The notes under the pieces were generated by a model. It was not told the origin of the DNA. It did no database searches and saw only the letters and a program-made list of their open reading frames with translations. Source: a virus. From it: DNA of 57,537 nt. The stretch lies in the IMG/VR virus record IMGVR_UViG_3300031539_000033, one strand, 5' to 3'. The position numbers and the translations under genes are program-made. The stretch's first letter is position 1. The number at the start of each line of letters is the position of its first letter. Of the stretch, positions 34,260-43,375 are shown one piece after another.

Positions 34260-36167
34260 ATGGCCGTCGTCATCCCCGCTGGAATCATCGTTGCCTCCCA
34301 GGACACCCTGCCGTATGGTGCTGGCTGGAGTAGGGTGACGGAACTCGACGGCAGATTTCCGCGCGGCGCGGCGGTGGCTGGCGGCACTGGCGGGGCAGAT
34401 GAGCACAACCATACATCGCCGCATACGCATGTGGCGAGTGGGTCGCATACACATGGTACAGGACTACGCGAGGTGACACCACCTGGAGTTACGCACCATT
34501 GGATTGAGCCGCTTGCCGATTATGCTCCCGCTATATTGCACGGACATATGACGCTCGTCGGGGCTAGCATAGGGTCTACGACCTCCGTCCTCGCTTCCAG
34601 CGATCTCGATTTGGCTGATGATGACCACCTGCCGCTCTGGCGGAACTGGACCTGGCTGAAGAGTAACGGCGCGGCGACTATGTCTGCCGACGAGGTAATG
34701 TTCTGGACTGACCTCGCGGCGAGATTGCCCTTCGGCTGGACGATCCTGATGGAGAACGAACGGTATCTTCGGGGCACACCAGCCGCCGGTGCTGTCGGTG
34801 CGGAAGGTGGAAGTTCGCAATCGGTCGGGCATACGCACGCCGAGGCGGCCCACGTACACGGATGGATTGCTCATACCCATACGGCATCCGGTTCGGGTGT
34901 GGCAGGGTGGTGGGGCGCATCGACGCCAATCGTTACGAGGGGAACGGGCGAGACGGTAATGGCGATAAGCCACGAGCATACTTACAGTATCACGGGCTGT
35001 ATTGCGGCCATGGAGGACAATACACTCGGTACGACTTGCGGAATCGAGACGGCAGTGGCCGGGGACCCTAGATGCCTCTGTGTTCATCTCGCGGAAGGGT
35101 CTGCCGCCGGGCGTATTGCCCCCGGATTGCTTGCCCTCTGGGATGGGATCGCAGATGATATTCCCGTCGGTTGGCTCGCGTGCGACGGAAGCGAGGGCCT
35201 GCCAGACTATAGAGGCCTGTTGCTGAAGGGCGCGACTGACGCTAATGTCGGAACTATTGAGGGCACTCTCAATCCTACCCATACCCACGTTATCACCACG
35301 CCGCTTCATACTCATGCTACGGGCGGAAATCACGAGCACGACCTGACGGGTACCTGTGGAACTGGTGGGCCGACCATGACATGCTTGTCTGGGCCGAGCG
35401 GACCGAGCCGCATGGACTATCATACGCATCCCCTGTATCTCAGGGGCAGCAAGACGGCTTCGCTCGGAAATGCCACGCCCAGTCTCAGCACCTCAAGCAC
35501 GATGCCGTCTTACTACGATGCTATTCTCATCCGGTATGTCGGCCAACCCATATCCACCTGTTTACTCCGCCCCCGCCCCGCCGACCTCTGGCGCGTTGGT
35601 ATTGACGATGCGGGCGGCCTTGCGCTGGATGACATTCACGCCGACGGAGTGACTGACAACTATAGCCCCGACCTCAGCGCACTCTCCGCGACACCCGATG
35701 TTTGGGACCTGTCCGCGGCATGGTTTACGGGGACGATTCTCGTTGCCCTGATAGAACGACCGACGCCGGGACCGATACGAACCGGCTTCCTAACTAGGGA
35801 GAAGTGGATTCCGGCAGGAGATATACCAGTGATCGGAGACGGCTTCGAATTCGTCGAGTTGGATGTGATGCCCGCGGGCGCTATGGCGGTGGGATTGGGG
35901 TTACGCAATGAGGCTGGTATCTATCGTTGGTATCAGGCCTGCGGATTGTGGGACGCGGTCGCGGGCGAGTTTGACTGGACTGCCGTCCCCATCGAGTGCG
36001 AGACGGATGCCGTCGATTTCCCCGACGCCGACTATGCAAAGGGTAGCCTCCGGCGTTGCGATGATGCCAGTTTGCTCTTTGGATTTCAGGACGTAGCCGG
36101 CGATTCCCGGCTCTTTCGCTGCGCCGTCATGCCATCGAACGCGACCGGAAGCTGGGCGGAGGTCTAA
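34260..36167 (+). CDS. Tail tip/fibre protein with three collar-like repeats and multiple HxH motifs
   Basis: 635 aa. Three modules of (I/L)P.GW...R(F/Y/G)(P/L)(R/K)G...G...H.H...H.H. Eleven HxH triplets (HNH, HTH, HVH, HEH). Confidence 0.6.
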   Translation: MAVVIPAGIIVASQDTLPYGAGWSRVTELDGRFPRGAAVAGGTGGADEHNHTSPHTHVASGSHTHGTGLREVTPPGVTHHWIEPLADYAPAILHGHMTLVGASIGSTTSVLASSDLDLADDDHLPLWRNWTWLKSNGAATMSADEVMFWTDLAARLPFGWTILMENERYLRGTPAAGAVGAEGGSSQSVGHTHAEAAHVHGWIAHTHTASGSGVAGWWGASTPIVTRGTGETVMAISHEHTYSITGCIAAMEDNTLGTTCGIETAVAGDPRCLCVHLAEGSAAGRIAPGLLALWDGIADDIPVGWLACDGSEGLPDYRGLLLKGATDANVGTIEGTLNPTHTHVITTPLHTHATGGNHEHDLTGTCGTGGPTMTCLSGPSGPSRMDYHTHPLYLRGSKTASLGNATPSLSTSSTMPSYYDAILIRYVGQPISTCLLRPRPADLWRVGIDDAGGLALDDIHADGVTDNYSPDLSALSATPDVWDLSAAWFTGTILVALIERPTPGPIRTGFLTREKWIPAGDIPVIGDGFEFVELDVMPAGAMAVGLGLRNEAGIYRWYQACGLWDAVAGEFDWTAVPIECETDAVDFPDADYAKGSLRRCDDASLLFGFQDVAGDSRLFRCAVMPSNATGSWAEV

Positions 36168-38387
36168 GTGCCCGAACGTTGCATTCCGATAGCGCGTCTC
36201 ACCGTCTATACCAAGGGCGTCGAGGGATATGTCACAGACCCCGGCTGGGCCTGGCATTCGGCTATGGCCGCGGATTGGGAAGAGTGGTGGGATTACCTTG
36301 GCTATCCCTATGGTAGCGCAGTCGGAACACCGCCAACGCCGGCATTCAGTACCCTGGAACTCGGACCGTATACCCTGAGCATCCCGACGCCCTATCACTA
36401 CCCCTGGCATACCGAACTCGACCAGTGGACGCAGAACATAGGGACCTGGGAAGAACGGCCACTCTGGTTTGGCGGAGGCGATGGAGCGGCGCCGCTGACC
36501 GGCCTCTGGTGCATTGATACCTACGGGCAGATCGAGAGCGCCTTCTTTCACCCGGAAGCCCCCAACTTCGTCGTGTCCTTCACCGCTATGCCAGCACCGC
36601 ACGACTACGACCTCGAAGCATACCCGCCATACCTCTCTGTCTTCTGGGGGCCGCCCGCGCCGGCAGGGGACGAAGTCGCCTACGAACTCTATATCACGCA
36701 TGACGGCGAAGCCTACATCGGAACGTGGCTCGCGGGGGGAGTCGTAAGCTACGCGGGTATCGGAAATATCGGCTGGGATTATCCCCGCAAGGGCGATACC
36801 TGGAAGTCGCTGACGCTTATGATTATGCATATCGCGGGCGGCATCGGTATCCGTCCTTCTAGCGGGGGCGGCCGCTGGTTCTTCTTCCAGGGCGACGGCG
36901 ACATTTGGCCGGATGCAGGCGGCCAGATCACCGTCGAGTACACGGGCGGGCAGGCCATCGTCGGATTGCATGGCATCGTCGGCCCCGATCCCGTTGTCGA
37001 ATCGGGCAGCACCACGAACTATTACACCTCGCCGATCCGCAACGCCGACAGAATCCGGGCAGATCATCCGATGATCTATACTCGCCACTGGGTCCCGGTA
37101 CTCGTCGGCGCCGACGTCGATCCGGCATTGAGTATTGATAATGTCGATCACCGCGGAACCGACAACGTCGAGCTTGAGGTCGAAACGATCTGGGGCTACG
37201 ACACCGCCTATGATGGCATGGGCGATCTCGCGCCGCAAGCCAACCTCCCCATGTCCTACAAGTTTCCGTATTTCCCCGAACTCTACGCGGCTGGAGCCTA
37301 CTGGCCGCCTATCGTGCAAGCGCCCTCCGCCGGCAGTACCGAATACTACTCCCACATGATCGACAGTATCGACGTTGTAGAGAACGATGAGGCAGATGTT
37401 TCCCATGCTGAACTTAACGTAGTGTGGGACGCGGGCGACCTCGGGGGGTTCGCGGACTATCTCTTCATGCGATGGGCGAAGCTGGAACTCGGCTGGCGTT
37501 ATGATGACGATTCGGAGGCGCTGGCCGTCATGCTGACTGGCTACGTCACGCGGTCGGAAGGGGAGCAGGTGCCGGGTCGCCCGAATCTCCTGCGCGTCCG
37601 GGCGACTATCGCCGACGCGACGACGCGGACCCGGCAGATCGAGTGCGACGAGAGTTGGCCCGTCTTCGACGGCTGGGACGCGGAAGATGCCCTCCTCCAT
37701 GCCGCGGCGAAGTGCGGCTGGCATACGACGGCCTGCGTCTTCGCCTCCTGCTCGGGCTGGATTCTGAGTTGGGGGCGTCCCGAGGAACCGCTGTGGCAGG
37801 CGCAGCCGGGGCAGTTGGCATGGGAATTTATGGAGCGCATAGCGCGGTACTGCGGAGAGGAACTCGCCATCTTACGATCCGGTATCATCGGCACCCGCCC
37901 CATCTGCTACGTGGATACGGGCACGGTTCATAATATCGTTGGGACGACTTCGGCACTCGCGGCGGCAGCGCGCCGGCGCAATGCCTTCTCCTATACTGGC
38001 GTGGAGACGCACGGCAGAACGGCAATAGGGGAGCCGCTGACATGCTGGCTCGCCGACGTGAACTGTGAGAGCAACCCAGCCGATGATTACTACCGGGGCT
38101 TCCGACGATTGGAACGCTTCGAGGACGCGGGTTGGGTGACGCAGGCGGACTGTAACGACCTCGCTACTATCTTCTGGGACACGATGGGATTCCGCAACCC
38201 CGACATCTTCGCCTGGCGCACGGTCGCTTACGAGACCGCGGAACGGCGCCACTGCGTCTATATCTCCGGCCTAACAATCGGCATAGACGCGGCCGACAGA
38301 CTCGCGATAGTGGGACTCAAGCACCACTGGGGGCCGCGCAAGCCCGACTGCTATACAGAGTGGGAGACGGTCTGGTATCCGGTATGA
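36168..38387 (+). CDS. Large tail/baseplate protein
   Basis: 739 aa. GTG directly after the upstream stop. Position in the tail-tip block; no motif recognised. Confidence 0.55.
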   Translation: MPERCIPIARLTVYTKGVEGYVTDPGWAWHSAMAADWEEWWDYLGYPYGSAVGTPPTPAFSTLELGPYTLSIPTPYHYPWHTELDQWTQNIGTWEERPLWFGGGDGAAPLTGLWCIDTYGQIESAFFHPEAPNFVVSFTAMPAPHDYDLEAYPPYLSVFWGPPAPAGDEVAYELYITHDGEAYIGTWLAGGVVSYAGIGNIGWDYPRKGDTWKSLTLMIMHIAGGIGIRPSSGGGRWFFFQGDGDIWPDAGGQITVEYTGGQAIVGLHGIVGPDPVVESGSTTNYYTSPIRNADRIRADHPMIYTRHWVPVLVGADVDPALSIDNVDHRGTDNVELEVETIWGYDTAYDGMGDLAPQANLPMSYKFPYFPELYAAGAYWPPIVQAPSAGSTEYYSHMIDSIDVVENDEADVSHAELNVVWDAGDLGGFADYLFMRWAKLELGWRYDDDSEALAVMLTGYVTRSEGEQVPGRPNLLRVRATIADATTRTRQIECDESWPVFDGWDAEDALLHAAAKCGWHTTACVFASCSGWILSWGRPEEPLWQAQPGQLAWEFMERIARYCGEELAILRSGIIGTRPICYVDTGTVHNIVGTTSALAAAARRRNAFSYTGVETHGRTAIGEPLTCWLADVNCESNPADDYYRGFRRLERFEDAGWVTQADCNDLATIFWDTMGFRNPDIFAWRTVAYETAERRHCVYISGLTIGIDAADRLAIVGLKHHWGPRKPDCYTEWETVWYPV

Positions 38388-39607
38388 GACAGACCATCGC
38401 ACAAATCGGAAGACGCAGCAGATTCGCCCGCCTCGGCACCGCCGTAGGCGGTTCTGCTATGGGGCGTGGCGGCAGCGGGATTCTGGTTCCCCCCGCCGTC
38501 TACAGCTCGCTCAGGGCGCCGGGCGGATACGGTCGCACCGCGGCGGCCGTGGGCGCGCACACGCACGCACACAACGCGCTGACGGCACTCCTCAATGACG
38601 ACCACAGTCAGTACCTCCTCGCGCCGCGTGCAAAGCTCCGAATCGTCGCGCCGACCGGCGCGCCCTACTCCGACCCGAAAACGGCTATCGAGGCGTGCGC
38701 GGCTGGCGACACGGTGCTCATTCTGGGCGGGACTTACGACATTGCCGCTACTATCACGATCCCCGCCAATAACATCGCGATCCTGGGAGCAAGCCGCGAC
38801 GGCGTCGTGCTGAACTTCACGGCTGCCGGCGCAACCCACTGTATCTCTGCGACGAGTAAGAACGGCGTGCAGGTCCGCGATCTCAGCGTGATCTTTCCGG
38901 CGGGCAAGACGGGGAACTGCGTGAACGCATCGGGCTGTTCGGATTGGCTCATCGAGAATGTGTACTTTGAGGGGCCGATACCGAATGCCAAGAGCTTCCT
39001 CTATTTCTACACGAGCGGGGCGCGCCATCGTTTCCATCGCTGCCAGTTCCTTCATAACAGCAACACGGGACCCTATCTCATTTATCTGTCTGCGGTGACT
39101 GACTGCGAACTAGACGGTTGCCACATCATCAGCACGAGTATCGGAACGCCATACTGCATCATCATCTGGTCGGCTGATCGCAGCTTCGTAACGCGGAACC
39201 GGGTGCGCCTGACCGGGGCGGGGACAGCCTGCAGCGCCCTGTATATCCGCGACTCTAATCATGTACGATTGAGCGGAAATATCATAGTGGCCGATGATCC
39301 TGGTGCGTGGTTCGGGGCGCAAGCATACACCTTTGGCGCGGGCAACTGGGTGGGTTGCGTCATAGATGAAAACACGTTCGTGAGCGCTGGCGACGTTGGC
39401 ATTGGGATATGGCTAACTTCGGGGGCCGCCGGGTCAAATTTCGATGATGCCAAGATCGCCGATAACCTCGTGCTCGACTTCGCGACGGGTTGCCACCTAG
39501 TCAATGTCCGCGTCAGAGAGGCCCGCGTCCACGACAACGCGTGGCGCACCTGCGCCGCTGGCCTCACGGATGCCGGGACCAATACCGACGCGGCGGACAA
39601 CACATAA
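38384..39607 (+). CDS. Tailspike/receptor-binding protein with a right-handed beta-helix (pectate-lyase-like) fold
   Basis: ATGA coupling. GDTVLILGGTYDIAATITIPANNIAILGASRDGVVLNF... followed by repeated short beta-rungs with N/G/C ladders. Confidence 0.6.
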   Translation: MRQTIAQIGRRSRFARLGTAVGGSAMGRGGSGILVPPAVYSSLRAPGGYGRTAAAVGAHTHAHNALTALLNDDHSQYLLAPRAKLRIVAPTGAPYSDPKTAIEACAAGDTVLILGGTYDIAATITIPANNIAILGASRDGVVLNFTAAGATHCISATSKNGVQVRDLSVIFPAGKTGNCVNASGCSDWLIENVYFEGPIPNAKSFLYFYTSGARHRFHRCQFLHNSNTGPYLIYLSAVTDCELDGCHIISTSIGTPYCIIIWSADRSFVTRNRVRLTGAGTACSALYIRDSNHVRLSGNIIVADDPGAWFGAQAYTFGAGNWVGCVIDENTFVSAGDVGIGIWLTSGAAGSNFDDAKIADNLVLDFATGCHLVNVRVREARVHDNAWRTCAAGLTDAGTNTDAADNT

Positions 39608-40026
39608 TGGACTGCCGGGTGACGGACGGACAAGTCGAGCCGCTGGTCTGTCGCATAGAGTACAAGCGACCTGCCGAATGGGATACGCTTGAGCGCGCAG
39701 AGGGGCAATGGCCGCACGACGACGCGGGCCGGGCGCTGGCATACACAACCGCGGAGCGGGACGAGATCACGCACGCGCTCGACGCGGCGAAGATCACCTA
39801 CAAGGTCGTCGCCGAGGACCAGCCGGACGCGGCCCACCTCGCACAACTCCAGGGCCATATCAGTTCCCGATCCGAGGCGCTCGCCGCGCTGGAAGCCCTC
39901 GGCCAGGGCGACACCCCCGACATCCCCGAGTTCCGCCTCAAGGCAATCGAGGCCGCGGCTGCCGACCTTGACGCTAGACTTACCACCGTCGAAGAGAAGC
40001 CAGCGGCGCGGGAGACAACACTATGA
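39607..40026 (+). CDS. Hypothetical protein (tail-fibre accessory?)
   Basis: 139 aa. TAATG coupling. Helical C-terminal half. Confidence 0.5.
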   Translation: MDCRVTDGQVEPLVCRIEYKRPAEWDTLERAEGQWPHDDAGRALAYTTAERDEITHALDAAKITYKVVAEDQPDAAHLAQLQGHISSRSEALAALEALGQGDTPDIPEFRLKAIEAAAADLDARLTTVEEKPAARETTL

Positions 40027-40042
40027 CTGAGGGGTCAACGAG

Positions 40043-40339
40043 ATGCTTGAACTGAGCACGGACCGGACGGTGATCGAATGCTGCATCTTCCTCCTCGCGG
40101 GCGGCGCGGGCGGCCTAGTGCGCCATCTGCTGAGTAAGGGTGGCCTGATTCTGCCGAGCCGACAGAAGGTTGGTGATGAAGTACTCCTCCGAATGGGTTT
40201 CCTGGCCTCAATGATGATCGGGGCGGCCGTCGGCCTACTGGTGGATAGTCACTGGCTGACTGCCTTCGGCTGGGGTATCTCCGGTCCCTATACGCTGGAG
40301 AAGCTTGGGCAGATTGCCCTGAATGGAAAGAAGTCCTGA
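40043..40339 (+). CDS. Putative holin
   Basis: 98 aa with hydrophobic segments CCIFLLAGGAGGLV and FLASMMIGAAVGLLV. Immediately upstream of the amidase. Confidence 0.55.
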   Translation: MLELSTDRTVIECCIFLLAGGAGGLVRHLLSKGGLILPSRQKVGDEVLLRMGFLASMMIGAAVGLLVDSHWLTAFGWGISGPYTLEKLGQIALNGKKS

Positions 40340-40340
40340 A

Positions 40341-40901
40341 ATGCTGGTCTTCGTCGAGGTCGGCCACGGCGCGGGCGATCCCGGCACACTCGGGGGACCG
40401 TTGCCGCCTACTGAAGCGACCGTTTTGACACGGGTGGGTCACGCGCTCGGGGGTATGTCGGGGGCAGGCATCATCTACGCCATCAAACGGCGGGCCCTCA
40501 GTGGACTCGGCAAGCTCCTTAGTGAGTGGCGACTGCGGCGCACGAAGGCCGACGTAGTGCTATCGATTCACATGGATTCGGCGGGTCCGATCCGGCGGGG
40601 ATTGGACGCCTACTACTGGGGCGACGATCCAGAACAGGCGCGCCGCGAATCATCGCTTCTTCTCGCCAAATGTATCGCCGACTGCGCCGCGGGGAGAATG
40701 GTGCGAGCGCCCTATAAGCGGGCGGATGGGCACTGGTTTCTGCCGGGGGTCCTGAAGAACACGGCGGCGCTTGCGGCAGTCCTGGTAGAGATCGATAATC
40801 TCGCCAATCCCCAGGTGGAACAGGACACGATGACGCCGGGCTGGGCGGTGCAGACAGCGATGATGCTGGACTCCGCGGTAAGGCGGTGGGCAGATGGTTG
40901 A
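40341..40901 (+). CDS. N-acetylmuramoyl-L-alanine amidase (Amidase_3) endolysin
   Basis: LVFVEVGHGAGDPG...VLSIHMDSAG...VLVEIDNLANPQ. Alternative ATG at 40323. Confidence 0.8.
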   Translation: MLVFVEVGHGAGDPGTLGGPLPPTEATVLTRVGHALGGMSGAGIIYAIKRRALSGLGKLLSEWRLRRTKADVVLSIHMDSAGPIRRGLDAYYWGDDPEQARRESSLLLAKCIADCAAGRMVRAPYKRADGHWFLPGVLKNTAALAAVLVEIDNLANPQVEQDTMTPGWAVQTAMMLDSAVRRWADG

Positions 40902-41355
40902 GTATCTTCTCGGTATCAACCTCGACGGCTGCATCTTCCAGGGCGGAATCCACTTCGGGGCCGTGTTGTTCGATGACCTCTGGAGACACATGCCAGCTAG
41001 GCTGCGCCGCTTCCTAATGTTGAGACAGAGGCCGCGGGGCTGGCTCATCCAATCCGCCAACGCTATCCAGGCGGTCGGTGGGTTGGCCGTTGGGACACAG
41101 CGGGGGGAGGCTGATACGTCATTCACGCAGGGGCAACTCGAACGGGCTGGCCTCCATTACGACGCGCTCTGGATGCTCCCGCCCGGTGTCGCCGTGATCC
41201 AGCACAAGGTCCGATGCGCGTCACGCTGCCGGGTTGTCATCGACGACCAGCAGGAGATTCTCGACGAGATAGAGAGCATCTTCGGGCCCGCCTGCCCGAG
41301 ACTCTACAACAGCACGAGAGACCAGGCGGCGATCCAAGCCTGGGCGGGGGTGTGA
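40894..41355 (+). CDS. Hypothetical protein
   Basis: 153 aa. Weak HAD-like hints (INLDGCI, VVIDDQQ) that are not sufficient for a call. Confidence 0.5.
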   Translation: MVEYLLGINLDGCIFQGGIHFGAVLFDDLWRHMPARLRRFLMLRQRPRGWLIQSANAIQAVGGLAVGTQRGEADTSFTQGQLERAGLHYDALWMLPPGVAVIQHKVRCASRCRVVIDDQQEILDEIESIFGPACPRLYNSTRDQAAIQAWAGV

Positions 41356-41356
41356 G

Positions 41357-41710
41357 GTGGCATTCGACTTCAATAAGGCACAGGACGCGATAGTCAACTT
41401 TCTGGCGGGCATCCAGGGCAGACTCGCGGCGCTGTTCAACCGGAGCGCAGCCGCCGCCGACGAAGTGGGGCAGACGGCGGACGCGGCGGAGAAGAGCATC
41501 CAGACGCTGACGCCAGAGATCAAGCAGGCTCTCGACGCGCTAGATAAGATCGGTGATGTCTGCAACTCACTGCAGACGACTGCAGACGCGTTTGGGAAGA
41601 CGGGTGAGGAGTTGACCGCCGCCATCGCCGATGTGCGTTCCTTCCTCGCCGAGCTGCGCGAGGGGCGCATCAAGTTCGTGACGGAAACGACGGTGCAGAA
41701 GGGCCAGTGA
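41357..41710 (+). CDS. Hypothetical helical protein
   Basis: 117 aa, GTG start, Ala-rich helices. Confidence 0.5.
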   Translation: MAFDFNKAQDAIVNFLAGIQGRLAALFNRSAAAADEVGQTADAAEKSIQTLTPEIKQALDALDKIGDVCNSLQTTADAFGKTGEELTAAIADVRSFLAELREGRIKFVTETTVQKGQ

Positions 41711-41726
41711 TAGTGCGGGGGAATCG

Positions 41727-42224
41727 GTGTCCTGCCCCTATCGAGATCGCCACGGCATATGCGACTTGGGGATGCCCGACTGCGAAAGCGAGGCATTTCG
41801 ATCATGCCTGATCTATCGGCAGGAACACCGGCGGCTGTCGGCCGTAATGGCGGTGTGCCCGCACGCTACTCGCCGCCGGTGGCGGGCATCGGAACACGAT
41901 GGATGGCGGCTCGATCACTGGGTCTGGTGTCATGCCGGGAAGGCGCACGTATGCTGGAGCGATCCCGAAGATTGCCCGACACTGCTACGCACCTGGCTCC
42001 AGCAGTTACAGGCGCGGATGCGCCGTCTTCGGTTCCGCACCGTCATGTGCCCCTACTGCCATTTGCCTTTTCTGACCTGGGACCCCAGGAAGGTCTATTG
42101 CTCGAAGCAATGCAAGGCGGCGTGGACATCACGCCGGAAGAGGCGGAAGCGAGGTATCCCCGAGCATCCCAGCGCGGAAAAGTATCGAACGACGGCGTCC
42201 CGGAAGAGGAGGGCCGTTAGATGA
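41727..42224 (+). CDS. Cys-rich basic protein
   Basis: 165 aa. Many Cys, including CPYCH...YCSKQCK. RK-rich tail. Confidence 0.5.
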   Translation: MSCPYRDRHGICDLGMPDCESEAFRSCLIYRQEHRRLSAVMAVCPHATRRRWRASEHDGWRLDHWVWCHAGKAHVCWSDPEDCPTLLRTWLQQLQARMRRLRFRTVMCPYCHLPFLTWDPRKVYCSKQCKAAWTSRRKRRKRGIPEHPSAEKYRTTASRKRRAVR

Positions 42225-42361
42225 TTATTGCATCACTGGCATTGGCCATCCTGGCTCTACATATCGCGCTCCGAGCATACGGGATGGCGCGGGATATAGA
42301 GCAAAGGGTCGCCGAGATCGAGGAGCCGGATGGCAAACGAAACAGCAGGAGGCCGACATGA
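42221..42361 (+). CDS. 46-aa single-pass membrane protein (below the track cutoff)
   Basis: Hand translation MIIASLALAILALHIALRAYGMARDIEQRVAEIEEPDGKRNSRRPT. Its stop overlaps the next ATG. Confidence 0.4.
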   Translation: MIIASLALAILALHIALRAYGMARDIEQRVAEIEEPDGKRNSRRPT

Positions 42362-42870
42362 AGACATGGGTTGTAGCAGTAGTTGTAGTAGCGTTGTGCG
42401 CGGGACCAGTATGGGCGGCGAAGCCGCAGCAGGTGAAGCTCAATAAGGCACCCGCTCTCATCGAGGGGAGTATCGACCCCATCGTGACAGTTTCCCCAAC
42501 CGTACTCACCCTGAAGGCGGGTGAACAGGGGACCGTCACCTGGACGATTCAGGTCCCGGCGAGTGAACCGAATGCGGTAACGAACGTCACGTGGGCGTGG
42601 CCGCACCCAGGCGGGTTTCTGCCCATCTCGGGGCAGTTAGAGAAGCCCGGCTACACGATACCGGGATACTCGGTCTCAAATCAAGCGACGATGACCTGGG
42701 ATGGCGGCGGATACGCCGAGAGCAATATCGTGACGGTAGAGGTTCTGCCAGTAGATATGCCGCCGATTCAGTTAGACCTATTCATGAGCGAGGGCACGTG
42801 GAACGCGTGGATTGAAGAAATCCTGCCGGGCAATCTCGCGACCGTTGCGATCACCATAGCGGCTCAATAA
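42358..42870 (+). CDS. Secreted protein (Sec signal peptide)
   Basis: MKTWVVAVVVVALCAGPVWA/AKP. Confidence 0.65.
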   Translation: MKTWVVAVVVVALCAGPVWAAKPQQVKLNKAPALIEGSIDPIVTVSPTVLTLKAGEQGTVTWTIQVPASEPNAVTNVTWAWPHPGGFLPISGQLEKPGYTIPGYSVSNQATMTWDGGGYAESNIVTVEVLPVDMPPIQLDLFMSEGTWNAWIEEILPGNLATVAITIAAQ

Positions 42871-42908
42871 CTCGGGCGGGCAACATAGACACCGCCCCAA
42901 GGGAGAAG

Positions 42909-43283
42909 ATGATGAGAGCAGTTCTGTTGGCAGTAGTTGTGTTGGCGTTGTGCGCGGTGCCGGCGATGGCAGCGGGCGTTGACCTCCCGGTAACGGGAGG
43001 CACGGCCGTCTGGTTGCAGCCCTTCGACGCGACTCCAGGGAGCGCGGGCGCAGCCATTTCTCTGCTGCTCCCCGAAAAGATCGTTGGGGAGACAGTGGCG
43101 GAACTAATTGCCTTCGACATCATCGTTCACCCCGAAGGGGACGCGGTACGCATTGACCCCGGTTTGTCTATCTCCCTCAAGACAGACCTCGGCGTCCCCA
43201 TAAAGGTGGGGTTGGTGCTGCTCCCATTGACTGACTACAAGTTCGGCGGGTTCGTCGGGATGCAGATTTTCCAGACGTTCTGA
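42909..43283 (+). CDS. Secreted protein (Sec signal peptide), leader paralogous to the ORF at 42358
   Basis: MMRAVLLAVVVLALCAVPAMA/AG. About 30 nt of the leader are near-identical to 42358's. Confidence 0.65.
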   Translation: MMRAVLLAVVVLALCAVPAMAAGVDLPVTGGTAVWLQPFDATPGSAGAAISLLLPEKIVGETVAELIAFDIIVHPEGDAVRIDPGLSISLKTDLGVPIKVGLVLLPLTDYKFGGFVGMQIFQTF

Positions 43284-43316
43284 GGACTCCTCTCCGCTCC
43301 TCGCTCCGCACGGCAA

Positions 43317-43358
43317 GGGGGTGGCCCGCCTTATCTCGCCTCCGGGTGGGCCGCCCCC
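43317..43358 (+). terminator. Long GC hairpin (terminator/processing-like, no U-tract)
   Basis: gggggtggcccgcc / ggtgggccgccccc: 14 bp including two G-U pairs, with a 14-nt loop. Confidence 0.4.
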
Positions 43359-43375
43359 GGCCAATGGAGGTGAAT

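Noticed and set aside
35901-37724. 607-aa ORF on the minus strand
   Set aside because: It lies entirely antisense to the tail genes at 34260-38387. It is Arg/Pro/Gly-rich and low-complexity with no motifs, which is the typical open alternate frame of GC-rich DNA.
40894-41355. HAD-family phosphatase call for the ORF after the amidase
   Set aside because: INLDGCI lacks the DxD nucleophile pair. Only a weak VVIDD resemblance remains, so the ORF is left as hypothetical.
42358-42430. Lipoprotein (lipobox) reading of the two signal peptides (VALC/LALC)
   Set aside because: The residue before the Cys is Leu, not the Gly/Ala/Ser expected in a lipobox. AxA-type signal peptidase I sites (VWA/A, AMA/A) fit better.
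43346-43375. Track start (43346) for the phosphoesterase ORF
   Set aside because: It lies inside the 3' arm of the 43317-43358 hairpin. ATG 43376 is preceded by GGAGG at good spacing.
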